The notes beneath the pieces were generated by a model, which was given only the letters and a program-made list of their open reading frames with translations, was not told where the DNA came from and searched no databases. From a virus (lineage: Duplodnaviria; Caudoviricetes): a stretch of DNA of 46,844 nucleotides. Where the stretch lies: positions 1 through 46,844 of the IMG/VR virus record IMGVR_UViG_3300011416_000016. One strand, 5' to 3'. Below are positions 1 to 7,347 of the stretch, in pieces. The number at the start of each line of letters is the position of its first letter. Positions within the stretch are counted from its first letter, which is position 1. The translations under genes and the position numbers were made by a program.

Positions 1-45
1 CGGCCACCGCGTTCGCGTGTGGGTCGAGGACTTGGGAGACGCGCC

Positions 46-270
46 ATGACCCCACGCAAGCGCGAGAGTGCCCGTGAGCGGGACGAGAGGATTGTGGCGA
101 AGGCGGGCTCGTGGGGAAGCTACCAGTTGGAAGCAGAGAATGTATGGCCTTCAAATCTTCCGGACGACGACGAAGACCACATCGGCAGATACGACACAGC
201 ACACCAACGCGCGTGTGATGCCGCAGTCCGCATTCTCAACCGCATTGCGAAAGGAAAGCGCGATGACTAG
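46..270 (+). CDS. Hypothetical phage protein
   Basis: ATG at 46 preceded by GGGAG; ATGA overlap with the junction-spanning ORF. Confidence 0.65.
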   Translation: MTPRKRESARERDERIVAKAGSWGSYQLEAENVWPSNLPDDDEDHIGRYDTAHQRACDAAVRILNRIAKGKRDD

Positions 271-436
271 CCGAGAAGCAGAGATCGTTCGGCTCGCAAT
301 CGAATACACGGCAGCGAAGAACGCCGCGTGGGAGCGCGGGGGCCTCGTCGACGAGCGCAAGTGGTTACACGCACTGTCGGTGCTCACCAAGATGGAGGCG
401 CTGTGTGCCGCCGCAGCCCGAGGCGACGATGAGTAG
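263..436 (+). CDS. Hypothetical protein (MTSREAEIVRLAIEY...)
   Basis: AAGGAAAG RBS; overlaps both neighbours in an operon. Confidence 0.65.
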   Translation: MTSREAEIVRLAIEYTAAKNAAWERGGLVDERKWLHALSVLTKMEALCAAAARGDDE

Positions 437-683
437 CACGCAGCCGTTTGAGTTTCACATCTCGCACGACATCGAGGGCGACAAGATCGGCTGCTCGTGC
501 TGCACGGTCTATCGCGGTGAGGCGTTTGTTGTGTCGGATCGATTGCGGCAACCATTCGGATTCTGCCGCATCTGTCTTCGCCGAATGCGCGCGACATTGA
601 AAGCCGCCGAGAAGGCGCTGCGGTTGCCTGACCCCACGAGAAGCCGAGGTTCTTCAGTTAGTCGCGAACGGTTACGCGAATAA
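429..683 (+). CDS. Hypothetical Zn-binding protein (CSCC...CRIC)
   Basis: Two Cys clusters; its 3' end overlaps an out-of-frame LuxR HTH. Confidence 0.6.
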   Translation: MSSTQPFEFHISHDIEGDKIGCSCCTVYRGEAFVVSDRLRQPFGFCRICLRRMRATLKAAEKALRLPDPTRSRGSSVSRERLRE

Positions 684-843
684 GCAGATGGCCGCAGAGT
701 TCGCCGTCAGCGTCTCTACCATCGAGAAGCACCGGCAGCACATGATGGCCAAACTCGACCTGCACGACACGGCCGGGGTGACGCGCTACGCCATCTTTGC
801 GGGGGTGGTGGATGCGGGCGGGTTGAGGGGAGGTGGGGAGTGA
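628..843 (+). CDS. LuxR/NarL-type C-terminal helix-turn-helix protein lacking a canonical in-frame start (frameshifted or CTG start)
   Basis: Hand translation gives LTPREAEVLQLVANGYANKQMAAEFAVSVSTIEKHRQHMMAKLDLHDTAGVTRYAIFAGVV, a textbook LuxR HTH. Its stop overlaps the next start (GTGA 840-843). Absent from the ORF track. Confidence 0.85.
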   Translation: MTPREAEVLQLVANGYANKQMAAEFAVSVSTIEKHRQHMMAKLDLHDTAGVTRYAIFAGVVDAGGLRGGGE

Positions 844-1076
844 GTGATATGCGAATTGGTGGCTGTCCAGTCTGTGGCGGTTACACCGAGAATGACTGTG
901 ACCCACGTTGTATGACCTGCAATGGCGGCCGTCCAAAACCACAACCTAAACGCGCTTCCTGCCCCGACTGCTTGGCGTTGGCGAAGACGATGCGCGCAAT
1001 GTTTCTAGAAGACCCCGCCACGCCAACACTGTTCGTTAAGTTTCTCGACGCCTTCATCAAGGAGCGTGAACGATGA
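840..1076 (+). CDS. Small Cys-rich zinc-finger protein
   Basis: CPVC, CMTC and CPDC motifs; GGAGG RBS. Confidence 0.65.
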   Translation: MSDMRIGGCPVCGGYTENDCDPRCMTCNGGRPKPQPKRASCPDCLALAKTMRAMFLEDPATPTLFVKFLDAFIKERER

Positions 1077-1210
1077 GTGGCGCGGAGGAGGCACGCATGA
1101 AGTTGTGGGAGTTCATTCTTGTGGTGATCGGAAGCATAGTGGGGACAGCTCTCGCGATGCGAGTCCTGGTCGACAGGGCCATCAAGGACGTATTCAGGAA
1201 TCGACGGTGA
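1073..1210 (+). CDS. Small single-pass membrane protein (MSGAEEARMKLWEFILVVIGSIVGTALAMRVLV...)
   Basis: Hand-translated; ATGA and GTGA overlaps at both ends; one hydrophobic segment. Confidence 0.6.
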   Translation: MSGAEEARMKLWEFILVVIGSIVGTALAMRVLVDRAIKDVFRNRR

Positions 1211-1563
1211 AACAGACGCCAGCCCAAATCTGCAAGCAGAGGCTCGAGTTTTACGAGCTGGTGAAGGACATTCGCGCGCTCGGGGTTTCTGTGATACCGG
1301 AGCTTCGCTTCCATCAAAAGAGGAAATGGAGATTCGATCTCGGCTTCCCAGATCTCCGCGTCGCGCTGGAGATCGAGGGCCTCGGTGGCAGACACCAATT
1401 CACCGGAGGGTTCGTAGGCGATATCGAAAACTACGGGGAGGCATTTGCCCTCGGCTGGAACGTCCTTCGCGTTACCAGGAAGGACGTTGGTAACGGGACC
1501 GCACTGCGCTGGCTTTCTGCCTATCTATCTGGAGTCAAGAACGGGGCACGCGGAAGTGGCTAG
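1207..1563 (+). CDS. Vsr/DUF559-like PD-(D/E)XK endonuclease
   Basis: ELRFHQKRKWRFDLGFP..VALEIEG...GWNVLRVT signature. Confidence 0.8.
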   Translation: MKQTPAQICKQRLEFYELVKDIRALGVSVIPELRFHQKRKWRFDLGFPDLRVALEIEGLGGRHQFTGGFVGDIENYGEAFALGWNVLRVTRKDVGNGTALRWLSAYLSGVKNGARGSG

Positions 1564-2008
1564 GGTAGGCCGACCTAAAACGGACCACGCCGTCGCCGGG
1601 TGTACCAGTTGCGGCGGGCCTAGGGACCGGAAGTCGTCGAGGTGCTTGAGGTGCAAGGCTACCTCACGTCGCCAACTTCGAGCCAGAAATCCTCAGGGCG
1701 CGAGGGATGCGTGTCGACGCTGGTATGTGAAGAATCAGGCTCGCTTACGAGAGATTGGCAGGAAGAACTACCAGGCGAACAAGAGGAGAAGGATTGACCT
1801 CGCGACGGCGTGGCAAAGGGCGCACCCGAAAACAAATAGGACGACGAAAAAGGATAGGTGTCGATCGCTATTCAACCGGGCGGTGGCCTCCGGTCGCATA
1901 GAGAGGGCCGAGTTTTGCAGCCGGTGCAGCGCCGTCGGAGTGATTCACGGCCACCACCGCCACGGCGAGAGACACCGGATTGCCGGGGGAGACGGCGATG
2001 GCTACTAG
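1556..2008 (+). CDS. HNH-type endonuclease homolog with the C-terminal nuclease core deleted
   Basis: N-terminal CxxC/CxxC. AVASGRIER..CSRC...HGHH matches the paralog at 38743-39057 but lacks DYSxPxDVxWLCxxC. Confidence 0.7.
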   Translation: MARVGRPKTDHAVAGCTSCGGPRDRKSSRCLRCKATSRRQLRARNPQGARDACRRWYVKNQARLREIGRKNYQANKRRRIDLATAWQRAHPKTNRTTKKDRCRSLFNRAVASGRIERAEFCSRCSAVGVIHGHHRHGERHRIAGGDGDGY

Positions 2009-2228
2009 GGGCGACGGGAAGAAGCGGCCGATGTGCAGGCACTGCTTCGCGTTCATCGAAGTTCAGGCAACCATCGAAGGGGATCACGTCCCACTGAATT
2101 GCGACGGATCGAAGCATCGATGCCCCGGAGCTATCGATGACGAGCGCGCGAAGCAGAGGCGCGACTATCTTCGGGAGCGGGCGAAGACAGACCCGTCTCC
2201 AGCTCTGGAGCTGAAGGTGACCGAGTGA
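1998..2228 (+). CDS. Hypothetical Zn-binding protein
   Basis: CRHC...HRC; GGGGGAG RBS. Confidence 0.6.
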   Translation: MATRGDGKKRPMCRHCFAFIEVQATIEGDHVPLNCDGSKHRCPGAIDDERAKQRRDYLRERAKTDPSPALELKVTE

Positions 2229-2869
2229 TTAACCACGTCTACACGCTCACGGATGACGAAGCCGCGTGCGCTGCTGTCGTGGCTCGAAGGCGAAACCGAT
2301 TTAACGCGGGACAGACCAACTTGCCGGGAGGAGAGTCGGCAAGCGAATCTGATCGCCTCTTGCAACACTACATGGCGGCGATGGCTGAGATCGCCGTATC
2401 CCGCGTCACGAATCTCTGCTGGACAGGGTGCGGGCGGGGCTCTGACGGTGTTCCAGACGTTGGTCGCGCGCTAGAGGTGAGGTCGGTGTCGCGAAGAGGG
2501 CTTGGACTCTTGGCGCGGCGGAAAGACCGGGACGATCTTCCGTGTGTTCTTGTCCTGGTCGAGCCGAAAGCGCAATGCACGATTCTCGGATGGGAGACGT
2601 ATGGCGAAGTGAAGCGCCGTGGTCGAGGAAGAGACCTCGACTCCGAGCGGCCATGCTGGACTCTACCGGCTGACAAGCTGAGGCCGATCGAATCGATGTT
2701 CCTAGAGTCAACCAACTGCACCAAGTGCGGCGTGGAGCGCGGCAAGGGCGCGATCGTTCACGCCTGCTTCAACTGCAACAAGATCCTGTGCTGGCGCTGC
2801 TACTGGAGGCACGAGCCCGAGTGTTACGAACGACGTGGAGGGATAAGTGGCAAAGAGGGTTCCGATTGA
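2225..2869 (+). CDS. Putative restriction-endonuclease-fold protein with C-terminal zinc finger
   Basis: AMAEIAV...PDV...LEVRS pattern; C-terminal CTKC/CFNC/CWRC. Confidence 0.55.
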   Translation: MINHVYTLTDDEAACAAVVARRRNRFNAGQTNLPGGESASESDRLLQHYMAAMAEIAVSRVTNLCWTGCGRGSDGVPDVGRALEVRSVSRRGLGLLARRKDRDDLPCVLVLVEPKAQCTILGWETYGEVKRRGRGRDLDSERPCWTLPADKLRPIESMFLESTNCTKCGVERGKGAIVHACFNCNKILCWRCYWRHEPECYERRGGISGKEGSD

Positions 2870-3167
2870 CAGCCCTGAGGACGTTGAGAAGATCACTACC
2901 GGCTACGAAGACCTAGGCTTGGTCCCGAGCTGCGGGTGCTGCGCGAAGTCGATGGAAGCCGGGGACGCCTACTGTCCATTCCTCGTGTGGAATGACGCCT
3001 TCGGTGTTCGCCTATCGATACCGATCTGCTTACCGTGCGTGGAGCTGATGGAAAGGAGTCAGGTCGTAGAAGCCCTCGTAGCGACCAACTGCGACCACAT
3101 AGGAGCGGTCGCCTTCAATCGCTGGATACGAGAGACTCGGCTGTCAGCCCTGGGGACGGTCCATTGA
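2847..3167 (+). CDS. Hypothetical Cys-rich protein
   Basis: CGCC...CLPC; stop overlaps the start of the replication initiator. Confidence 0.55.
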   Translation: MAKRVPIDSPEDVEKITTGYEDLGLVPSCGCCAKSMEAGDAYCPFLVWNDAFGVRLSIPICLPCVELMERSQVVEALVATNCDHIGAVAFNRWIRETRLSALGTVH

Positions 3168-3901
3168 GAATCAGGACGATCAAGCCGAGCTTCTTCACGG
3201 ACGCCACGATCATCGGTCTGCCGTTCGAGGCGCGACTGGCGTTCATAGGTCTGTGGTGCCACGCCGACCGGGACGGTCGTCTCGTCTGTCGAGCGCGAGA
3301 TCTCAAGCTGTCGCTGTTCCCCGATCAGCCTATAGATTTCAGCAAAATGCTGTCACTGATGAGCGACGCCAAACTCATACAGCTCTACACAATAGATGGC
3401 GAGGCATACATCCAAATCGTGAACTTCAACAAGCACCAGATCCCACACGTAAAAGAGAAGGCCAGCACCCTGCCAGCACCGGGCGAGCATAGTGCTAGCA
3501 CGGTGCGAGCACCAGTTGAGCCGCTCTGGTCTGGGAAGGGGAAGGGAAGGGAAGGGAATGGAGTAACTACGTTAGCTTCGTCTCCTAGCGCCAAAGTGAT
3601 CAACGGGGCTCTCTGGTACCCGATATTAGGCCCGCGGAAGACTTGGCCGCTCGAACAGGAACAGATCGACGAGTGGGCCAAGCTCTACTCCGGGGTCGAC
3701 GTGATGGCTGAGTGCAAGAAGGCTCTCGCTTGGGTCTCTGCATCGAATCTCAAGAAGACCGAGCGTGGCATGAACCGGTTCCTGGTGAACTGGCTGAACC
3801 GGGCCACGGATAGAGGCGGCGGAACAGGCACTACCCCAAGGCAGCGATACGAGACGTTGGGAGAGGGCAACCGACGCAGGCTCGGGATCACGGAGGACTG
3901 A
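3164..3901 (+). CDS. Phage replication initiator (replisome organiser)
   Basis: N-terminal RIRTIKPSFF..ARLAFIGLWCHADRDGR, a GKGKGREG linker and C-terminal RFLVNWLNRA; TTG start in a TTGA overlap. Confidence 0.85.
   Translation: MRIRTIKPSFFTDATIIGLPFEARLAFIGLWCHADRDGRLVCRARDLKLSLFPDQPIDFSKMLSLMSDAKLIQLYTIDGEAYIQIVNFNKHQIPHVKEKASTLPAPGEHSASTVRAPVEPLWSGKGKGREGNGVTTLASSPSAKVINGALWYPILGPRKTWPLEQEQIDEWAKLYSGVDVMAECKKALAWVSASNLKKTERGMNRFLVNWLNRATDRGGGTGTTPRQRYETLGEGNRRRLGITED
3461..3515 (+). repeat. Five tandem 11-bp iteron-like repeats (GCnAGCAynGT); candidate replication origin
   Basis: GCCAGCACCCT GCCAGCACCGG GCGAGCATAGT GCTAGCACGGT GCGAGCACCAG inside the initiator gene; period is not a multiple of 3. 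Confidence 0.75.
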
Positions 3902-3902
3902 C

Positions 3903-4355
3903 ATGGAGGCCACGGACAAGGCAGCGTTCAACCGGAGGATCACGCGGCTTGCAGACGTGTTCCAGCGCCCACTCGAAGCCGGGATCGCTGACTCCTACTT
4001 CCTCGCGTTGAAGCCCTACTCGCTCGAAGCGATTGACCGTGCGTTTCAGAAGGCGATCGAGGAGTGCGACTTCTTTCCGAAGCCAGTCGAGCTGCGATCG
4101 ATGTGCAGCGTTCCAGAAAGGCCGAAGGCTTACGACAAGGACGATCGCACCTACGCATGTCTCGAATGCCGCGATGTCGAAGTGATCATCCGCGAGCGGC
4201 ACGACAAGGACGGGAAGAGCCTCGGGATGTTCGCATCGCCTTGTGGATGCATCGGAGGCCAGCACCTGAGAGCGTCGTGGTCGAAGGAAGACTCGAAGGG
4301 ATTCTCGTTCGCCGACTCGGCGAAGAACAACACGGTGAAGCTGAGGTCTCTATGA
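3903..4355 (+). CDS. Putative helicase loader/inhibitor (lambda P / G39P-like position)
   Basis: Follows the initiator; YFLALK..LEAIDRA...FFPKPVEL motif plus a Zn ribbon. Confidence 0.6.
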   Translation: MEATDKAAFNRRITRLADVFQRPLEAGIADSYFLALKPYSLEAIDRAFQKAIEECDFFPKPVELRSMCSVPERPKAYDKDDRTYACLECRDVEVIIRERHDKDGKSLGMFASPCGCIGGQHLRASWSKEDSKGFSFADSAKNNTVKLRSL

Positions 4356-4567
4356 ATCGCGTGGCAACGGAACGGAGGAGGCGCTACCGGATCGGCAACT
4401 TGATCCGCGTCGTTCGAGAATCGAAGGGGCTGAGTCGACGCGAGCTGTCGGAGCTGTCGGAGATTCACATCAACACGATCGAGCGCGTAGAGCGCGGGAC
4501 TGTCGGAGGAAAGCGCGAGACGATCAAGGCGATCTGTGGCGCGCTCGGAGTGGAGGTGCAGGCGTGA
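4352..4567 (+). CDS. XRE-family HTH transcription regulator
   Basis: IRVVRESKGLSRRELSELSEIHINTIERVERG...TIKAICGALGV. Confidence 0.85.
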   Translation: MNRVATERRRRYRIGNLIRVVRESKGLSRRELSELSEIHINTIERVERGTVGGKRETIKAICGALGVEVQA

Positions 4568-5017
4568 GCGCGCGTGGACTTGCATCCCTTCCAGCGCACA
4601 TGCTCCATCGCAGTGAGTTTGGTGTTCACATCGGAGAAGGCGAGCGCCGCCACTACGTCACCTGGAAGCATCTGGGGGCTAGGGGCGGAATCAGGACCGG
4701 CAGGCAGGTCTGTCTTGCCGCTCACTACACGGGGAGGCGTCTTCAGCCAAGATCGACTCACGGTGTGTACGTCCTGGCCTGCAAGGGAAGAGTCGTCTAT
4801 GTGGGGACTAGCTCCTGCTCGCTGGCGATGGGCCAGCTCCGTGGGCAGACTACCGCTTGCGTACGATCAGGATCAGGCTCCGTGGAGTGTGCGCCGTATC
4901 GACTCGAAAGGCGAAGCTCCTCGTCGGGGAAATGCTGCGCTTGAAAGGGCGATGGCGCGGGGTGGTGTTCTACGCAACCCGTCTAGAGAGAACGGGGGTC
5001 TTGTTTTCGCCCCGTAG
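4564..5017 (+). pseudogene. Degenerate, frameshifted GIY-YIG nuclease
   Basis: GVYVLACKGRVVYVGTS in one frame; a plausible C-terminal half (RWRW...EAPRR..ALERA..GGVLRN) in the +1 frame. Confidence 0.5.
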
Positions 5018-5036
5018 ACATCGCGTGAGGTAGAGT

Positions 5037-5124
5037 AAAGCCGTCAACTGGGGCCTCCACCGCAGGTGACGGGCGAAGGGGGCCTGGGTTCGCCATGGGC
5101 CCAGGTCCCCAACGCTTTCCCCAG
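5037..5124 (+). ncRNA. Candidate structured RNA with pseudoknot
   Basis: Pairings 5041-46/5067-72, 5048-53/5119-24, 5054-56/5064-66 and a 14-bp stem 5078-91/5097-5110 with three G-U pairs. Confidence 0.45.
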
Positions 5125-5155
5125 CCATAAACCACACCAATGCGATCCATCAAAA

Positions 5156-5189
5156 ACACATATGTGTCATCGCAGAACGCGCATATGTG
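5156..5189. promoter_or_regulatory. Palindrome ACACATATGTGT plus a second CATATGTG; candidate operator/activator or pac-associated sites
   Basis: 12-bp perfect palindrome at 5156-5167; CATATGTG repeated 23 bp later, in an AT-richer patch upstream of the late promoter. Confidence 0.45.
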
Positions 5190-5221
5190 GAATCACGAAG
5201 TCGAATAGGTGCTTGTTCTGG

Positions 5222-5250
5222 TTGACAGTTTTTGGCTGTAGGTCTACCCT
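5222..5250 (+). promoter_or_regulatory. Sigma70-type promoter for the late/packaging operon
   Basis: TTGACA-17 nt-TACCCT. Confidence 0.65.
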
Positions 5251-5291
5251 CGGCGCATGGGACCTATAGGTTTTCCCAAAAGCGAGTATGT

Positions 5292-5660
5292 GTGAAGCAG
5301 CGTGGCGCAGATGTGCGGCCTCGTAAACTCCGCCAGGATCGTCACGCTGGCCCTGGGAGACCCCAGGGGTCGGACAACGCCCTAACGCTCGGCTCCGTGG
5401 CAGCCATCAAGTCCCTGAGGCATCGGGTGCCCAAGGATCTCCCCGCCGAGGTCATCGAGGTCGCCGACCGGGCTCTCGGGACCGTGATCGCCGTCATGGA
5501 CGGCTCCGTGGTTCACGACACGATGTCGCGGCTGAGCGCGGCCCGTTACGTCCGCGAGGAGATCTGCGGTGCGATCCCGCAGAAGACCGAGCTGAACGTG
5601 ATCGACAACCTGGCCGAGCGCATCAAGCAGGCGAGGGAGCGACGTGGCTCAGGCAGCTGA
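5292..5660 (+). CDS. terS: Terminase small subunit (putative)
   Basis: Directly upstream of terL; GPGRPQGSDN motif; C-terminal LAERIKQARER; start codon uncertain. Confidence 0.65.
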   Translation: MKQRGADVRPRKLRQDRHAGPGRPQGSDNALTLGSVAAIKSLRHRVPKDLPAEVIEVADRALGTVIAVMDGSVVHDTMSRLSAARYVREEICGAIPQKTELNVIDNLAERIKQARERRGSGS

Positions 5661-7158
5661 GCGCCTGTCGAGCGAGGAGACCCTCATCCTCGACATCGAC
5701 CGCTTTCAGCACGACCCGCTCGGGTACGTCGAGTACGCATTCCCTTGGGGACGCGGCGAGCTGTCGGCGCACTCCGGGCCGAGGCAGTGGCAGCGCGAGG
5801 TGCTCGAAGAGATCGGCGCGAAGCTGAGGGCGAACGCGGAGATCGGTGTGTGGGACGCGGTCCAAGAGGCCGTAGCCTCTGGTCACGGCGTCGGAAAGTC
5901 AGCTCTCGTCGCGATGCTGATCATGTGGGCGATGTCGACGCACGAAGACACGCGCGGCATCGTCACGGCGAACACCGACACGCAGCTACGCACGAAGACC
6001 TGGCCTGAGGTTGCGAAGTGGCACAGGCTCGCGATCAATGGGCACTGGTTCGAGCTGACGGCGACGCGCATGTGCTCGCGCTCGAAGGGGCACGAGGACA
6101 ACTGGCGCATCGACATCATCCCGTGGTCGGAGAACAACACCGAGGCGTTCGCTGGCCTGCACAACGAGCACAAGCGCATCCTGATCATCTTCGACGAGTC
6201 GTCCGCGATTCACGACAAGATCTGGGAAGTGACCGAGGGTGTTCTCACCGACGACAACACAGAGATCATCTGGTTCGCTCCAGGCAACCCGACCCGTCAG
6301 ACCGGGCGCTTCGCCGATTGTTTCGGTCGACTGCGCCACCGCTGGACAACGCGACACATCGACTCTCGCAAGGTCGAGGGAACGAACAAGCAGCAGATTG
6401 ACAAGCTGGTCGAGGACTACGGCGAGGACAGCGACATCGTTCGTGTGCGTGTCCGCGGAGAGTTCCCGCTCCAGGCCGACTACCAGCTGATTTCTCAGGC
6501 TCATGTCGCGGTGGCTCGGAAGCGCGCTGTCGTCTTCGATCACAATCAACCGATCGTCGCAGGCCTTGACTTCGCTCGCTCAGGTGCGTGCGAGACCGTT
6601 CTTGCGTTCCGGTGCGGTCGCGATGCCCGTGGGGTCAAGTGGTGGATGTGGCGCGAGCGCGACAGCGTCGTTCTCGCGAGCAAAATCTCGATGGTCATCG
6701 AGGACATGCGGAAGGCTGGCCTGCGCGTTCATACGCTGTTCTGCGATGGCGGCGGGCTCGGTGGTCCGATCATCGACATCCTGTCGCACTCCGGGTATCC
6801 AACGCGAGAGATCCTGAACGGAGCGAAGGCGTCAGACCAGTCGGCCTACGTGAACAAGGCCGCCGAGTGTTGGGGCCGCATGCGCGACTGGCTGGAGATC
6901 GGTGCGATCCCAGACGACCCAGAGCTAGAGCAGCAGCTGGTCTCGCGCGATTACATCTGGAATTCAAAGACCCTACAGCTCGCGCTCGTGTCGAAGGACA
7001 AGATGCTGGCCGAGGGCTTGCCGTCTCCTGATCGCGCTGACGCACTGGCGTTGACGTTCTCCGAGTACATCGTGGCATCAACCAACCTCGCGTCGAGCAT
7101 TCCGTCCGACAAGTGCCTCAACGATCTCAACGACGAACACCCTTGGAGGGACGACTAA
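5644..7158 (+). CDS. terL: Terminase large subunit
   Basis: Walker A SGHGVGKS, Walker B IIFDES, nuclease motifs GLDFAR and SPDRADALALTF. Confidence 0.96.
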   Translation: MAQAAERLSSEETLILDIDRFQHDPLGYVEYAFPWGRGELSAHSGPRQWQREVLEEIGAKLRANAEIGVWDAVQEAVASGHGVGKSALVAMLIMWAMSTHEDTRGIVTANTDTQLRTKTWPEVAKWHRLAINGHWFELTATRMCSRSKGHEDNWRIDIIPWSENNTEAFAGLHNEHKRILIIFDESSAIHDKIWEVTEGVLTDDNTEIIWFAPGNPTRQTGRFADCFGRLRHRWTTRHIDSRKVEGTNKQQIDKLVEDYGEDSDIVRVRVRGEFPLQADYQLISQAHVAVARKRAVVFDHNQPIVAGLDFARSGACETVLAFRCGRDARGVKWWMWRERDSVVLASKISMVIEDMRKAGLRVHTLFCDGGGLGGPIIDILSHSGYPTREILNGAKASDQSAYVNKAAECWGRMRDWLEIGAIPDDPELEQQLVSRDYIWNSKTLQLALVSKDKMLAEGLPSPDRADALALTFSEYIVASTNLASSIPSDKCLNDLNDEHPWRDD

Positions 7159-7346
7159 TGGGCGCACCGAAGATGCCGAAGCAGCAGGCGACGCCGCCTC
7201 CAGGCCCGAACCTCTTGGACCCTACGGTCCTGTTCGCACGTCAGCGCCAGAAGCAGAAGGCGATGCAGGCGACCGGGCGTCAGTCCACGATCCTGTCGAA
7301 GCCTCTCGCAGCGCCGCCCTCGTTGGCCCCGGCTGCCGGGTACTGA
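7158..7346 (+). CDS. Small Pro/Lys-rich virion assembly protein
   Basis: MGAPKMPK...GRQSTIL, the typical small gene before the portal in podoviruses. Confidence 0.7.
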   Translation: MGAPKMPKQQATPPPGPNLLDPTVLFARQRQKQKAMQATGRQSTILSKPLAAPPSLAPAAGY

Positions 7347-7347
7347 C

